This document shows positions 1 through 15,200 of a stretch of DNA of 64,000 nt, piece after piece. The notes under the pieces were generated by a model that worked only from the letters and a program-made list of their open reading frames with translations, was not told the origin of the DNA and made no database searches. Both the position numbers and the translations under genes were made by a program. Location: the NCBI RefSeq assembly GCF_964204645.1, contig NC_134029.1, positions 5,146,001 to 5,210,000 of the forward strand, in the 5' to 3' direction. Position 1 is the stretch's first letter. Each line of letters starts with the position of its first letter. The stretch comes from Tubulanus polymorphus (Eukaryota > Animalia > Nemertea).

Positions 1-1365
1 AGAACGGCTACAATGAAAAAGCTGGGCAAACATTCAACAAGTCTGAAGATACTGTCCGGATCATACATATATATACGTGCGTCTAGAACGTCTTAGATCT
101 CCCGAGACTTTGCACAGAACTCGATAGAAAGTTAGGGTAGAGTTTATTCATCATTCATTTTCACCCGAATGCTGAATATTTGATAACTCGACGAAACTGA
201 TTTTCTGTAAGGATTACGTGTATCTAGCATCCAAAGAGAAAAGAAATACACACACGGTGATGAGCGGAAAATGGAAAAGAAAATGATGACCGATTCGGTC
301 TTGGCATTAAAAGAAAAAAGTGATTTGCTAACAGATACATTAAGTTCAGCTACGAACTTTTTATTTTTGGCAAATCTGTGGAGTCGATATAATGAATTAG
401 TTAGTAGGGGATCATATTGTTCATAAACGTAGAGATTATGTCAGCTTATGATCACCCGATTTCAGTTACAAGTTTAGCGTATCACCAAAAAAACGAATAG
501 AAATAGAAAAATGAATCATTCAATCAAAAGTAATGATCCTCAGACTGTAGACCTAAAGAGTGTCGACTGTATCAATCTGTCGAGAGGGAAAACTGACCCA
601 AACGTCCCAAAGATCATTACTTCAGTTGGTTGGCTATTATTTATTAAATGCGCTTGAAGAGGTCGTGTTACGTACATCTACGCGTGGATTGGGAAAATAA
701 TCCGAGCCTTTCTACTGCCAGAAGTGGTCGGCAAAAAAGGCAAGAAATCTCCGATCGCGAAAGCCAAGAGCTCCTTAACGAACACATTCATGCCATGCGA
801 TATACATTCTATGATCTTAAACGGATGTCTCAATGTCGCATGAGATCAAAAACTGGTCCAAGTAGGCACTCGTTCGCCTCGGCTTTTCTGATATGACTTC
901 TTACGAATTCACTTCATAACTGCGACTGATCAGTTTAATGCAATTATTACTCAGTCTATAGATATTGTGTAAGCGCGTGTCTACACCTCTGCCACAGGGC
1001 TCACAAACCTCTGAAAACTACGTATACGCGTACGTACGCTAATAAGGTTCGATTGGATTTAAGCAAATATGTAATCATCGATCGGAATTTCAACTTCAGA
1101 AACAGCAGTTCGGCTTTACAATGTGATGATTAAGCAAACCGCTATCAACCTAGATCTTAATTCCCAAGTACATGCATAGCGGCGTAATGGACAATACATT
1201 AATTTATCATTCCAAATTGTCTGTTCTGATCAAACGATAATGTGTACACGATATACCCTTATGATGCTCGGCCAATAACGTTCATTTAACGTTTACATTA
1301 TGTTCAATTTGCCGACAGAAATTGATCGTTTAGCGCGCTTAAACTGTATATCAAAAATTGATTAC

Positions 1366-1509
1366 CGTCGACATCGGCGTGGAGTCTATTTCAATTTTCA
1401 GTTGGAATAATTCAATTTCTTTATTTCGCGGCTTATCGACAGTGTTTATCGGCGCAATATCGTTCGTCGCTTCGACGACGGACGGAATTCGAACAGCTTC
1501 TCGCTTCGA
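1366..1509 (-). other. candidate internal exon of a minus-strand gene that runs off the left edge of the window
   Basis: Strong acceptor (ttttttcgttctcatag) and donor (ACG|gtaatc) bound 144 nt that are open in phase 0: SKREAVRIPSVVEATNDIAPINTVDKPRNKEIELFQLKIEIDSTPMST. No family recognised; it may be UTR. Confidence 0.35.
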
Positions 1510-2155
1510 CTATGAGAACGAAAAAAAGGGAAAAGGTATTCGACGTCTGTCACCGGCACTGGAAATAATATCATATCACATAACGGGGGTAGAGTTAATC
1601 TCCATCGTTATCCGAACACGTATTAACAATTCATGCGTAATCCTCGCTTCAATAGAAAAAAATCCGATCCCAAAAACCGATTCGACGCATTTTATATCGT
1701 CGAACGCTTTTCAAATAGAATTTCAAATTGAAATTGAACCCACATACGAAAATCTCATATTCGAAGCGTTCTATCCCGGCTTCAGAATGAGAGTAAACGC
1801 AAACGATAAGAGCGATAGAAGCTTCAAAACTTTTCTTAAGTTACATTAAGTCTTAAATCCCGCATTTTTAATCATGAACGCGGGATCATTTTGCCATGAA
1901 ATTAGATATGGGAAAAAACCATTGTACCGCGATAGGTCTGGTTAAAAACCGCGTTCAAATGACCTGTTCACTGGAATTGATATCGCTGTACAAAAATGCC
2001 GCTTCACTCGAAAAGATGTAATTTAAATTTTCAAACGAGATCTGAGAGATGCCGCACTGAATGATAGGATTGCGGGATTACAGCGGGTTGGTCCCGCTTT
2101 TTAACGACAGCAAAGATTACTAACAAAAATGAGGTTGAACGCTCCATCAGTTAAT

Positions 2156-2305
<150 letters not shown>

Positions 2306-3610
2306 GACGACATTTTCTACACAAGCGCTTGAAACGTTACTTCGCAGAATGACAATGAATAATACATAAAATACTAGACTTGAACAGCGACCGAAGCGTT
2401 GAAGGCACTTTCGCTAATTATCAAAAACCAGCAGCCGTCATTGATCGTCGCAGAGAATTTCAAGTCAGGTGCAGGTGCTATAAGTACTGTTGAATTGCAA
2501 TTGCCTCAATTTTCATCCAATTGTACGAAGGAAAAATTTAGTTAATTTGAAAGAATGCGGGCTCACGAAGTCGAAAATTAGTTAATTAGTAAACCCCGGA
2601 GCTAGGCAAGCTTCATCCACCTTGTCAATCATTATAGCGAAGGAAAGCGTGCATTATATACATAAAGCATCGAATACAGGAAATTGGCAAATTAAACTGT
2701 ATATCTGTATGCAGCGAAATGCAAAGAAATACATGCGCGCATACATTACAAGCTAGCGTCAATCAAAACTTCTACATTAGTTTCAAGACGATGCCTTGAG
2801 CACTTTCTACTCGCGCGGGGTAAAAAAGTATCCATTCCGTAAAAGCGATTGCGATGGCCATTTCCGTCGTGGGTTTTTTAACAAATCGTCAGTGGTCAGA
2901 TTATTGGTATGTTTTGTGCGTGTCACGGGCAGTCGCATGACAAGGAAAACCTTTCAGCTACAGCCACTCTCAAAGTGAGAGAAGAAGTTCGCTTGAGTGA
3001 ATCGACAAAGCTGCGGACAAACGTCGCCGAGATTGCGATGACTTTGCTCGCCGAATCCGATAGATAATGACTGCGATAACCGATGACTCTTTGGTGTTAT
3101 TTCATATGCATGCTCCAATGCTTTGTGATGGGAATTTCGCCGGCTTCTCCTTGTAACAATTGAATAAAACATGAGAAAAAAAGGACTCGAGTTTGCCGAG
3201 ATCCGATTAATCGAAGTCGTCCCGAAACATGCAACAGTACCATTAGCGATACTGTCTTTTATGGGTTAATGTAATTGAGATTTGGCGGAGCAACGTCGCC
3301 TCGCATAGCGCGGCAATCGTTGGAAATGACCATCGGTGAGCTGGCGTAATACATTTCCCAGTGGCGTGATTCACATTCATGGCGCAATAAACACCGATTC
3401 CGCGTAAGATTTGATGAACGTTACAGGATTCGGGATATTAGTTCTGATAGCACAATTATCATTATCCGATCAGATTGCTCTATTTAGGCACTTATCACCG
3501 CCTTCACCTGGATTACATAAGTCATAAATTGGCCAAGTATCTTCATCCGGTTGCGTCGTTTGCGCTAAGCCGCAACCAACCACCGAGCGAGAGAGGGCAA
3601 AGAAAGCAGT

Positions 3611-3737
<127 letters not shown>

Positions 3738-6700
3738 GAGTGGTAAGAAAGTAATAGAGGAGGGAGAGTTATAGCGAAGAGTAAAGAGAAGATAGGGATA
3801 GATAGAAAAGGGAGGAGAGGATAGTATGGCGTTAGAAGATAGTATGTGAGACAGAAAGGTGAGAGGTGAGGGGAGAGCGAGAGATAGAGAGCAAGAGAAT
3901 GTGCGTGAGAGACTCACTCACCCGAGTGAACATCGAGATACGGATATTCCATAATAAAAAATCAATCGTGTCATTACATTTTTGCGCGACGATGGTAAAA
4001 CTAGATTACCCCTTAAAGGCAAGTCTTAAGAAATTGGCGATTGATAAGGATGATAATTGGACTCGCGATAAGAAAAGGTATATCCGAGATGATAGTGTTA
4101 CATACATGCGTATGAATTGGATTTAATTACTGATGTGCCCGCCAGTGAAAAACATTTGAAAATAGAAAAATTGTCATACGAGTTTATTAGCAATTACTTT
4201 GTAATTCCATCCAGGATGCGTCTTGTGGAGTTGTTTCATCTATCTACTGCTGGATTTCAATTTGTCTTTCTTTCAGATCTCTTTAAATTTCAAAACAACT
4301 TTCCTTCATGCAAAAAGAAAGGTTTTCGTTTTAAAGGTTTTCTCGTAGTGTATCAAAGAATGTAGAAGTCTCAAAGTAAATTTCTTTCTATAATTGCAAT
4401 TTTTTTTCGAAATTTTACGGCGTAGGAGCACAATTTTTCTAAGTTGCGTTTCTAAATTAATCACACAGGCAATATTTTAAAATTCACGACAAACAAATCA
4501 TTCCAAGGTTGGAAAAAGGATTGAAACGAAAGAAAAATTGAGTCAAATTGAGTCGTCAGAATCGTCAAATTTGGCTATATCTACCAAAATACTTGAGGTT
4601 TCTTTACTATGATATAAAAACTATGTGTTGAATCGGACAGGTCCGTTCGAAGGAACTTTTGTATACAATTTTGTTTATCATCAAAATTTGTGTTGATAAA
4701 GAATTGCGGTAATGTGGTTTTGGAATCGAGATCAGGGGAAGACTTGTATACCAGGGATCGATTTTCCAAAATGGATTACCTCTAGAATCGACTAAATGTC
4801 TTCATTGTCTTAAATCGTTGAAAAGCTTTGCTCCAAGGGCGACAAAATTAAACTATTATTACACAGCGTTTATTCTCTTTTCATTTACGTCCATTATATG
4901 ACTTATACGTCACATATACAAAACAAATGATTCCAAAATAAAAGTTTTTTTTTGTTTTAATGTATGAAAAGTTCACAAAAGCTTAATCATTATACAGGTT
5001 TCCATGCCTGAAGTTCCATATTCACTATATATTTCGCGCTATATATTTCTCTAAATATTTTCCATAAAGAATACACTGAGTTTCAAACAAACAGTTTAAT
5101 GTCTGGGCAGTGGACACATATTGAAAATTCTGTGTGACGGCGGTGATTGAATTCATAAAATCGTCTCTGATGGTATCATACAGAGAACGGTTAGATACGA
5201 AATGTATCTCAACTGACAATAAAAACAGGTTCTACCAATTTCAACTTCGAAATACTAAAAAACAACAAAAATACATTTCCAGCAGCTTGAATAGCGCTAT
5301 AACCCACCTAAGAAATTTCACGATACACAGTCGAATTTTGTTTTTCTGTCACGTCGATGACGTAACGCATAACGAAAAGATATAGGAAATTGATTCCCTT
5401 TGCGTGAACAACCATTAACGCTTTTATTCGTCGGCGAGATCAAAAAGCTTTAACCTTAAAGAACGTCGACACATTATTCAGTTATATTTCTATGAAGGAT
5501 TATTGTGCATATGATGCGCCTTTATATTTCGTTACGTAAAAAAAAAACCGCCGCCAAATCTCGCTCGCTCGAGGTATCACGTGATCGTGATGATAACACC
5601 GCCCGGATCTGACAAACGTTTTATCAACGAGCGATTCGAATTTCGCGTTTGTTCGTGAAACAACCGATTCCCTGCACCCATAATCGTCGTAGAATTGGAT
5701 GATGACGACGTTTATTTTCTTTTTTTGAAAAAGATGAATTTTTCAGTATAGCGTTCTTTCAGTGGAAACGCTGAGTAGACGTGACGTTCTAGTGATATAG
5801 CTAATCTAACGTTTCGTGAGTCATTCGATATACGACGTCATCACTTTGATATTTCAAAACGAACAAACAAAACGAAATTCAAGATGATTCTTCAATGAAA
5901 ATCTCGCAGCGGAATTCTGGACCCCCGCTTTTCGGTTATTCCTTGACTATACTCCACCCGCTAACGATATTCAAAATCATCAAATCATTATGTCGTACGT
6001 ACATAGCCTTTATACACTTAGAATGAACTCTTTACCTTCTACTATGGAAATTAGTCCGATAAATATAGGTTTGGCTTCCATTCTTATAGTTATTCTAATA
6101 TTCAACAGCGACAAACTATTCGGCCATGTAGAATCTTAGATTGGGTGTGGACCTTCGATTCAACCCGTAACATATCATACAATATTCAAGCGACTGCAGC
6201 TCCAGACGTCGTACTGTTTATTGTGTAAATTATAATGTAATTATTCAATTTCGGCAGCATCAATATTTCAAATAAGGATATCTATCGAATATTTGATAAT
6301 CGCGTCTGCGCTACATCCGACGTCAACATTGCTTTCAAACGGTTTTAACGCGAAATGACGACCGAAATCATAATAAGAAAGTTCTACCTACCTTAGAATA
6401 TACATAAATGTGTATATTCGATTCGATCTACGTATCTTATGCCCACGATACCTAACACGTTTTGCAATGTACAGTACATATTACTGGCCAGCAATCGAGA
6501 TCTGGCTGTATCGACACTTCACATTGCAGATGTGACACGGAATATATATTTATAGATTATCCAACCAAGTGAGGTAAAATACAAGTAACTGCACTTTAAT
6601 CGTTTGCTATATTGTTATTTGATACGACGTAATGGGGACAGTAAGTAAACGTTCGTCGCTGTAAAATATGGAATTTGGTCCACGCGATACGATTTTTTAT

Positions 6701-9700
6701 TGCCCTTATGAGTACCAATTTTAGCAGACCATGTACGAAACATAATATCGAACCACGAAGGCCCTGAAACGGTAACAACGCCCTATATAGAGAACATCTT
6801 GAAAATATTCAAATTACGTATTTTACCGGGAGTCAAAAAAGTTTTTTTCCGCAAAATCGTTACTTCATAAGAGTTGGTGGAATTATTTTTAGGAAAGTGA
6901 AGTAAAACGACTACCCCACCCGGGGCTTTTATCTATGAAGATATCTGCTTCGTGTAAGCCTCTCAAGAATGCCGGGCAGGTAAACCTGCGTGGATCATTA
7001 TGTAGATTACAGAAAAAAAACAAATGAACGACTGACTGCACAGAATCGTTAGTCAGCCGAAATGATGCATTTTTGCAATTTTAAACAAAATCCAAGTCAC
7101 GCCACATTGCCATTGAGCCTTATCCTACTCGGTGGCGGCCTTATTAACGCGTAGTCTTCGAGATCATGCGCTACCAGCAAAGTGCACTTAGAAATTGATT
7201 TTGCCAGTCAACTGCGATTCGGGCAGATATTCGCGAACAGGCACGATTCGCCTAGCACATCGCAAACATGTGCCGCTTGCGCGCGTGACTTTCAAGACGC
7301 GCGATCAATTTCGAAAAATGCTAACGATTGCAACGTTACCGTTTTGAATTGGTTTCAGATTTCACTTTCAAGCGCCTATCTGTATCCTTTGTCACCAATA
7401 TCGAGAGAATAATTTTGAAGTGTCTTTCCACAGAAGGTGGCCGCGATTATTGACGATTCAGGTTACCAAAAATGCAATTTGTTTCTATTGGGATTGATTC
7501 TTTCATAACGAAAATGATCTAGTTGATAAAGGTGGAGCCATACCAGTTTACATGCTTGCGTGTCAATTCATCGTAATAATTTTGATGGTATGAAAGCATA
7601 TTTTTAGTATATGGCGAAGCGAATGTAAATGCAGGGTAGCGTCGACTTCTGCAATCGATTCTTGAATAGAACGGTGAAATTGGAATTTCATTTCTTGTGG
7701 CTTTTATTGAAAACAAATATATACAAATGCCGAATTCTATCACATTATTATAATCAACCCTAAGTTAATGAATGGTACATCGAGAAGCATTATTGAACAT
7801 TCTTTTCGCTGTCAACCGCAAACGGTCTCATATCATCTTCGAAAGTCCCATCGCCCGATCTTTCTCAACAACGAATGAATAAACAATATCATATTCATCT
7901 GTTTTCATCACACTGAACTATGATAAACTTCAATATAAAAAGCCCATCATTTGTTGTGGGAAATATTGAAAACATCACCGGTGATTACGACAAAAGCGTC
8001 TCAATAAAAAATTAGTAAATAACAAAAGTCAAAAGACACCCACGGCGCATACCATGAGTTATAGCGTGCCTCTCGTATCTCTCCCCGGTTGTGCGTATAA
8101 TAGTTTTTATGGCCGACGATGTTTTCATGTATGATACATACTCTCGTCAGTAAATCGAGTGGTTTTGTGACATGTGAATCATATATGTAGTTACGAGTGT
8201 CCAGATATGAGCAGTTTGTATGCTGGACACGCGATTTCTGATGCGGTCACTGTCTGTCGGAGAAAATCAGATATTTTCACTTGATTTATTTCAATCTGCC
8301 GCGCGCCAACCAGCACTAATAATCCAAAATGGCCATGTCTGCGCAGCGTCGTCATTTCATTCCGGTTGAAATTATGTCTACGCCGAAACAGAAAAGTAAG
8401 GTTAGTCACGCGACTGGGATCAGAATCTAAACATATACCCAGTATCTCTCCAGACAAAGTTCGTAATGTATGCAAAAATGAGATATCGTTAGGCAAAACA
8501 GCATTTGTATGGTATTGATCAAAGTACGTTTACTTATAGACAATACTTGCGCCGTTTCTACAGGTCCAGATGTTGATTTATCATATAACAAACTTGAAAT
8601 AATCAATCATTCAGAAGGACTGTCTCGAGGACTAGCTTTCTCGGCTTACACGATGGAAAAGTCCGACTCAATACCGTGCACCAGATTTAGATAAGTTTTT
8701 CAGAATCAACGGTCAGTTGATAAAACGACACCATGAATTATGATAGACCATTCCGATCCAAACTACGGTTCACCAAACGCTTTGAAATTTCGTGTCCCCT
8801 TAGTGACTCAGCTCAATTACATAACATGGATCTTACGGAACTTTAAGAAGAAGAGTGCTATAGGGAAGGAACGATGGTCACCAATGAACCATGGTCATAA
8901 TTATGACCTTCCCAGATGCCATGCCTTGTGTCGGTATAAAAGACAATGAACTGGGAAGGCGAACGAGGTTCTTCGCATCACAGAGGTTATCATCGTTAAA
9001 TAATTACCGTGGCGATATCCCACTTATTTTTCATCAATAGTAAGAACATGTAATACACAAAGCCACGTGGCAACACTTAATTCGACTAAAGTCGAGCCGG
9101 CAACTTTTGTTCAAGGCAACAATGACAATTTTGCGCTGCCGGAAATAACTGTCTTTGAAATGCTTTTAATTGACTCGGCTGGAGATGTTTGCATCCTTTC
9201 GAAGTATATACAATTTTCTCTCTCTAAAAGATGTTCACTTAATTGTTGCCTGGCTAGTAGTCATGAAACGTATACATATTTGATAATCTACCTACGTCGG
9301 CATGTGGACTTAATTATATTCCGTCGATGGTATAATGAATACGGAGATTTTATCAAAAATAAGTCTCTAAAGAATGGCAGTATAGCAACGGAGGCTTATA
9401 AATCGGTTTGATTTAATCCCATGGCTCAAAGCTCAAACGCGGACTCGGTTAGGTCTTTCCAGTGATCACTTTCTTCCTGTGATGTTTTCCTGATTCCAAA
9501 TTGTAATAGTGGGGTCGAAAGGTTGTTATTTTCGCTATATATTTGTGATTTATCGGTATGATCATAAACGGCAACTTTACCTCTGGGCTCTCATGGGTCT
9601 AAATCCTCAATCAAGATTACGACAAATGAATGTTTTTCAATGAATTCGATAATTGAAACCGATCCCGATAAGAGCGTCGTCAAAACGGCAATGCAATTTG

Positions 9701-10427
9701 TGAATTGGAGAGCCCCCTATAGGCTTGGGAAATGGAATGATTGAGTATAATTTGCAGTCGATTTAGATTCAGGATGTCAAGCTGCAAGGGTATGCTCCCG
9801 AGAATGCGACAACTGAGAAACTGAAATAAATTTAAACCGTCAACGACGACGTTAATTGATCGATCGCATTCTGACATAACTGCTTTTAGGTGATGGTGGT
9901 TTCGGGGCTTTTGTTTTAAAACGTTTAAACTACGCTACGCGCTCGTGCACGTAGAGCTTATACGTAGCTCGCAATAATTGGTCGAAGCGCTCATGAATCA
10001 TTGCCAACGGAGATGGGATTAAAACGCACTTATAACCAGCTTAATTTTCATCGGACCAATTCGCTTAAAATGTTAAATTGAAATTGGAATACCCCGAACG
10101 CGAGCGCGTATCGCAGACAACGACGAAAAGATGATTCGAAAAGTGAATAATGGTGCGCGCACAAGGGCCATGCCATTAAAGCAACATGGCCGACTAAATT
10201 GATCAAACATGACGTATAACGAAACGGCACCTGCCCTCGTTAACACAAATACAAAAAGAAAGAAATCCGTTTAAAAAAAAATATCTGTGAAAATTGATAA
10301 GAAAGAATAAAAATGGTTTGATCATCGGATTGAATATCTTAGCAGTCTTATCAAAATTATCGTATCGAGTATATTTTGAAGAACAGAACAGACGCTCGAG
10401 GTGGTTATCATATTCATTACACCTCTG

Positions 10428-10565
10428 GGGTCGGTTGCATAGTCAAGGCTCAGACTAAAGACCAGTCTAAGACCAACTTAGTTCTATAGCCAATCTAACA
10501 ACTTAAGACCAGTCTTAAGATTTAAGACCACTTTTGGACTTAAGTCATGACTGTGTAACTGGGTC
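10428..10565. mobile_element. MITE-like element with internal TAAGACCA motifs, copy 1
   Basis: Imperfect terminal inverted repeats (gggtcggttgcatagtc / gactgtgtaactgggtc) flanked by CTG on both sides. A highly similar inverted copy lies at 40727-40849. Confidence 0.8.
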
Positions 10566-12115
10566 CTGTTCGCAAAATGGACATCATTCCACACCCTGAC
10601 TTGTATCCATAAATTCTTATTACTCTGATTCGAATAATTCGAGCTGTGACGATTATAGAAATTAAGTTACAAGTTAGCAGGTTGGCTGTATGATAAAGTG
10701 TCAATGTGGCAGGATGATCAATTAAATGATTCCTTATAGCGTAATTAAATTGTCGTTCATTACGAGCAATCAGGACAGCAGTGCTTGTCTACTTAGCTTA
10801 GCTACGGATTCTTGATCGGTTTCTCACAGGGAGGTGTTGAAAGCGATTTGTTGTCATCGATTCGTGAGCGGTAACAACAAAAATTCGCCGCGCTTGAAAT
10901 CTATCGATGTCTTGGTTTGTCTTTTGCATTATTCGTGGTCTCGATGTATACCACGGAAACCCGGAAACCTGATTCTTAAGACAAGCCGATTTGATCCAGC
11001 GCAGGATGCCAAACAGAGAGCTGTTACCTGATATTATATCTCAAGGATGCGTATAGACAATCCCGGTGGTTAATGCTTAAACGATCTTTGTATCGCTATA
11101 TGGAGCGTGATTTTACTGCCATGAAGTCATGAACAAAAAGGCAAGTATGTACTCTCTCAATTATCGCCAAAGTGATGCCCCACGAAAACCGTTGAGATTT
11201 TCGAACACTAAACTGCTCCGTGTAAACAGTGGAATTTGAAAATAAAGGCGCATTTACAAAAGAAAGTGTTAATGTTATGTTCGGCTATAATCCGATGTTT
11301 AAATGTTTGTAAATCGGGATGTGTGTGCGCTCATTACATTTTCTAAGTAAACCTAATAATGTTTATCAACCATTCACTTTGTCATTGTCATTGCCTTATT
11401 GGGCACCAGTAAAACCATGTTAAACCAGCATACGTCACTGCTGATAGAAATTCTTAAAATCATCAAGACCTTCATCTAATGATGAGGGGATTTTTTTCCC
11501 TCCCCGATCCTAATTGAATTTGTTCAGATTTTTAGAAGTTGAAACTATACTCTTTGTCGGACCGTTTCCGATTGTGGTCGACGAAGGTGTTCACACCGAA
11601 GACCGACGAAGCTTGATAATACGTTTAAATAATTTGATGTCGGGCACCTTGCAAGTCCCGAACATCAAATGTGTTCTCTAGAGAACTTAACAAATCCTTA
11701 ACGACTGCAATTTTAAACGCACGCGCGGTGTAGAAATAAGAACTTAGTATTTTCTAAACGAAAAAGTGTCGAGAAAAGTTTAAGGGCTCGGGGTTCATAG
11801 TGCGTTGTAGCAGAAAAATACAGAAATATCAAAGACGATGATTTTCCCATAACGAGTTATGATTTTGTTCACGAAAATGAATATGAAATATCCCCAAATG
11901 AAAGCATGATGACAGTTGATTTGTTATTATGACTATTTCATAAAGACTAGTTCATACTTTTATGACCTATTAATTACATCCACTAACGATGTATTATATA
12001 ATAGATAATCACCGCGCAATAAGTGTATACAATATATAAATGTTTATTTTTTATGTGCGAGCAAGAGATCAAAAAGTTGGTATATTCCTAGAATTGTGTG
12101 GTATATGAAATGATG

Positions 12116-12290
12116 AATGGGGCCAGTTTCACAAAGCTGTATTTGATACTTATAATTAAAGCATTTTGCCAAAATTCACTGGAGAAATCATATATACATA
12201 ATATCAAATACTTTTACTGAATCATTAAGAATGAACAGGTTTCAATGCCTATAAACAATTATAATTCAGATCAGTGAAACTGGCCCCATT
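12116..12290. mobile_element. MITE-like element with a 17-bp perfect terminal inverted repeat
   Basis: aatggggccagtttcac ... gtgaaactggccccatt around an AT-rich interior. The ends resemble those of the other GG(G/C)CCAGTT elements. Confidence 0.75.
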
Positions 12291-15200
12291 ATATATAAAA
12301 CTGTTTGATATTTACCTGATAACGTCACGGAGAAAAATAAAAGAACTTCTTCCGATATCGTTAGCGAAATAATATGATCGACGCGGATTTCACGTAATAC
12401 TCCAAACACGAGATGATGTGCGTACACGCGCAGACAGTTCACATCTAGTGAAATACGCTACGTGAAGTTTCCATTGCTGATCACATGACTTCACCTCACG
12501 TCTGATTGGTTTCCATTGCTCGAGATTGCGCCGGCCTCTCCGACGACGACGACAAACTATAACGAAGATGATATCCCGAATAAGAATAACGATATGCGTC
12601 CAAACTACTGAACATCGGGCAGATATTTTCATTGTTTATAGAATGAATGGGGCAAATTCGATAGGGGAAATAGAACCGGCATTTCGCCCCGATATCAGCC
12701 GCAACAAAGATGCATTCCCTCTTCACAATTGCAGAATTCTCTTCAGTGTTTCACGACCAGCCGTACGATGATGTTTGATTATACTATACAATATACTTCC
12801 ATACGTCGATAAGGGCACGAGAGAAGTGCTAAAAAAACACAATAGAGAGTGCGCTGAATAGCGGCACGCTCCTCGTCATCATACCTGTTCACGATGGAAG
12901 TTTTCAAATAACGCACAAAAAAAAAAAACAGCATTTGGACTTCGAGCACTATTCATTATGAGACTTCATCATACACACGATTCCCAGTTCGCTTCGATTT
13001 TACAAAAGTATGTAGGAAAATTGATATTTGAAAATAATTTCATTTGAAATGAATATATGAAACTTTTTCGTTCCGCGGTTATTTATCCATACCCGGAGGA
13101 TATGTGTTCGGGAATATTGCAATAATAAAAATCTCATTGTAATATTTGCTCAGGCATTACGCGTTGTACGCTTCGCTATTCTTTAATAGTTTCGCAAAAA
13201 TATTACTTTCATTTAATCGTAGCACGAAAGCCTTGTCTCGACCATATAAGGAATGCAAGCGTTCTTCTTTTTCACTCGCAAGTGTCGCCCATGGGATTTT
13301 CAGCAACGCGACAAAAGATAGTTATTTGCAAAAATCGCCGATAAAATATCACATTTAAAGAGCCTTCTGGCCCTCTTTCATGAGCTATTGTCGGTGAACA
13401 AGTACAACCTCGGTAAACAGTGGTTCCCATGGGCAGTGAAAATACCGCCATCAACGCAAAATATGAATATACCTTAAGTAGAAATGCGGCTCCGGACGTA
13501 GATAAGAAATCCATATTTGGTTGATGAAAGACTCTAGACGAGGAGTTCCCTTCGAGTGCCATCAACTTTTCCGCGCATCTGCGAAGATGTTGTAATATCG
13601 CTCGTCTCAACAATTAAGCGTTACGTTGTTCGGTCGAAAATTCTCGCATAACTAATCGAATGACTCAAAACGATGATGAAAATTTCCGCGTTGACCAAAA
13701 TGTTTTGTTTTCTCGCACGAGACAACCAAAAGTTTGGAATTCTGGCGCGAGGAAACAAAAAAAACGGGCCAATGTGAAATTTTTTTATCGTTGCTTTAGC
13801 CGTACAGAAAAACTTTTTAGTATGGCCCGAATCAGCCACCATAGTTAAACAATTCAACACCGAATTTTCTTCTGAAAATTCTTCTGAAATTTTGTTTCGC
13901 TATTACTGACGATAAAATGATAATGGAATGTCCACACTACGTCCATATTCCGTTGCATATTTCATGAAGTTTCCGCATCTAACTTTTTTTTCATTTATCA
14001 CACATCGCATCAGATGTTTTCCTCTAGCAAAGGTTATGAATAATGTAAGGTTATATGACTTCGCTGGTAGTGAGTTTTCAAGACATTTTCTAGCGGCTGC
14101 GACGTTAGCCGCACATTTAGTTTTTGCTTTTCAAGCACGTATAAATAAATGGCGCCGCAGTGAACAAAATGAAATTCTGTTCCATCAGAAGAAATCCAAG
14201 AGCACGGTCTCATGTGACTGGAAAATTTCTGTCGCTGTGAAATGTTGTGTCTATTGTGAAATATGAACTCAGATGTTTATTGTATGGTGAGGATTAAAAG
14301 TGACATACGTAAAAATCAAAATTGGAATGTTTTTTTTTCCATACATTAAACCTCACAAAGTTTCAGATAGATATGTAGATTTATGCTTATATGATGAACT
14401 TTCCTTATACATATTGAGTGCTTCCTACATTCCACGCTTCGAGCGAAATCTCGTAATCAAGCAATAATGCGCCATCTATAATGAATGAATTTGTAGGTAA
14501 ACTCGTTAAGCCGAATACTCGACCTTTTCCAACCCGCAGTAGGCTGTATACGCGTACACGTTATGTTAGGGTAAAATACGTAAGCATTTCATTTTGTCTA
14601 CACTAATTGATACTTGAAACTGTTGAAAAGTTGTGATACCTTTGCTGAAAATCGATCGGTTATCGATCAAATTACGAAAAAAATGTTCGCATTTTAGGCT
14701 AAGAAAATTGATACCTTGTTTCTCCTTCCTGTTGAGCTTAGAAGCTGTAGCGGCCGGTCGTCTATCTACCCTGAGGATTACTTCAAAAAAACATCACGAT
14801 CAAGCTAAACCGCTAGCTAAAGTAATGACCTGATTACAAATTCTATTCCGGTTCACAAAAGTGTCCCTCTTTTAGTGTAGATGAAATGAATAGATTATTA
14901 AACTTAGTGAGAATGTCGACTTTATTTCATCATGGTCCCTAAAACGTTTTAAAATCAATGATTTCATATGGACCTCAAGAGTGGATTTGTGTCTCGCGAC
15001 CCTGTGGTTGAGAGGGGCAGCGAAACACGACGAAGGACTTAATAGTTGAAATGAAAACTAGCGAAGAGAAAATACCGACTACAGAACTTATCTTAGAAAC
15101 ATTTGCTTTAGTACTGCACATCATTTCACCTGAAGATAGTACACGTTAAATAAAGTTAAATTGATCATATTCAGGGTGGAGTATGTTACTGTTATATTTA

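Noticed and set aside
1358-1849. 163-aa plus-strand ORF
   Set aside because: Non-ATG start and no motif. The splice signals here point to a minus-strand exon instead.
10428-10565. Recurrent TAAGACCA motifs as a CRISPR-like array
   Set aside because: The motifs are short and irregular, lie inside a terminal-inverted-repeat element in eukaryotic DNA, and no cas genes are present.
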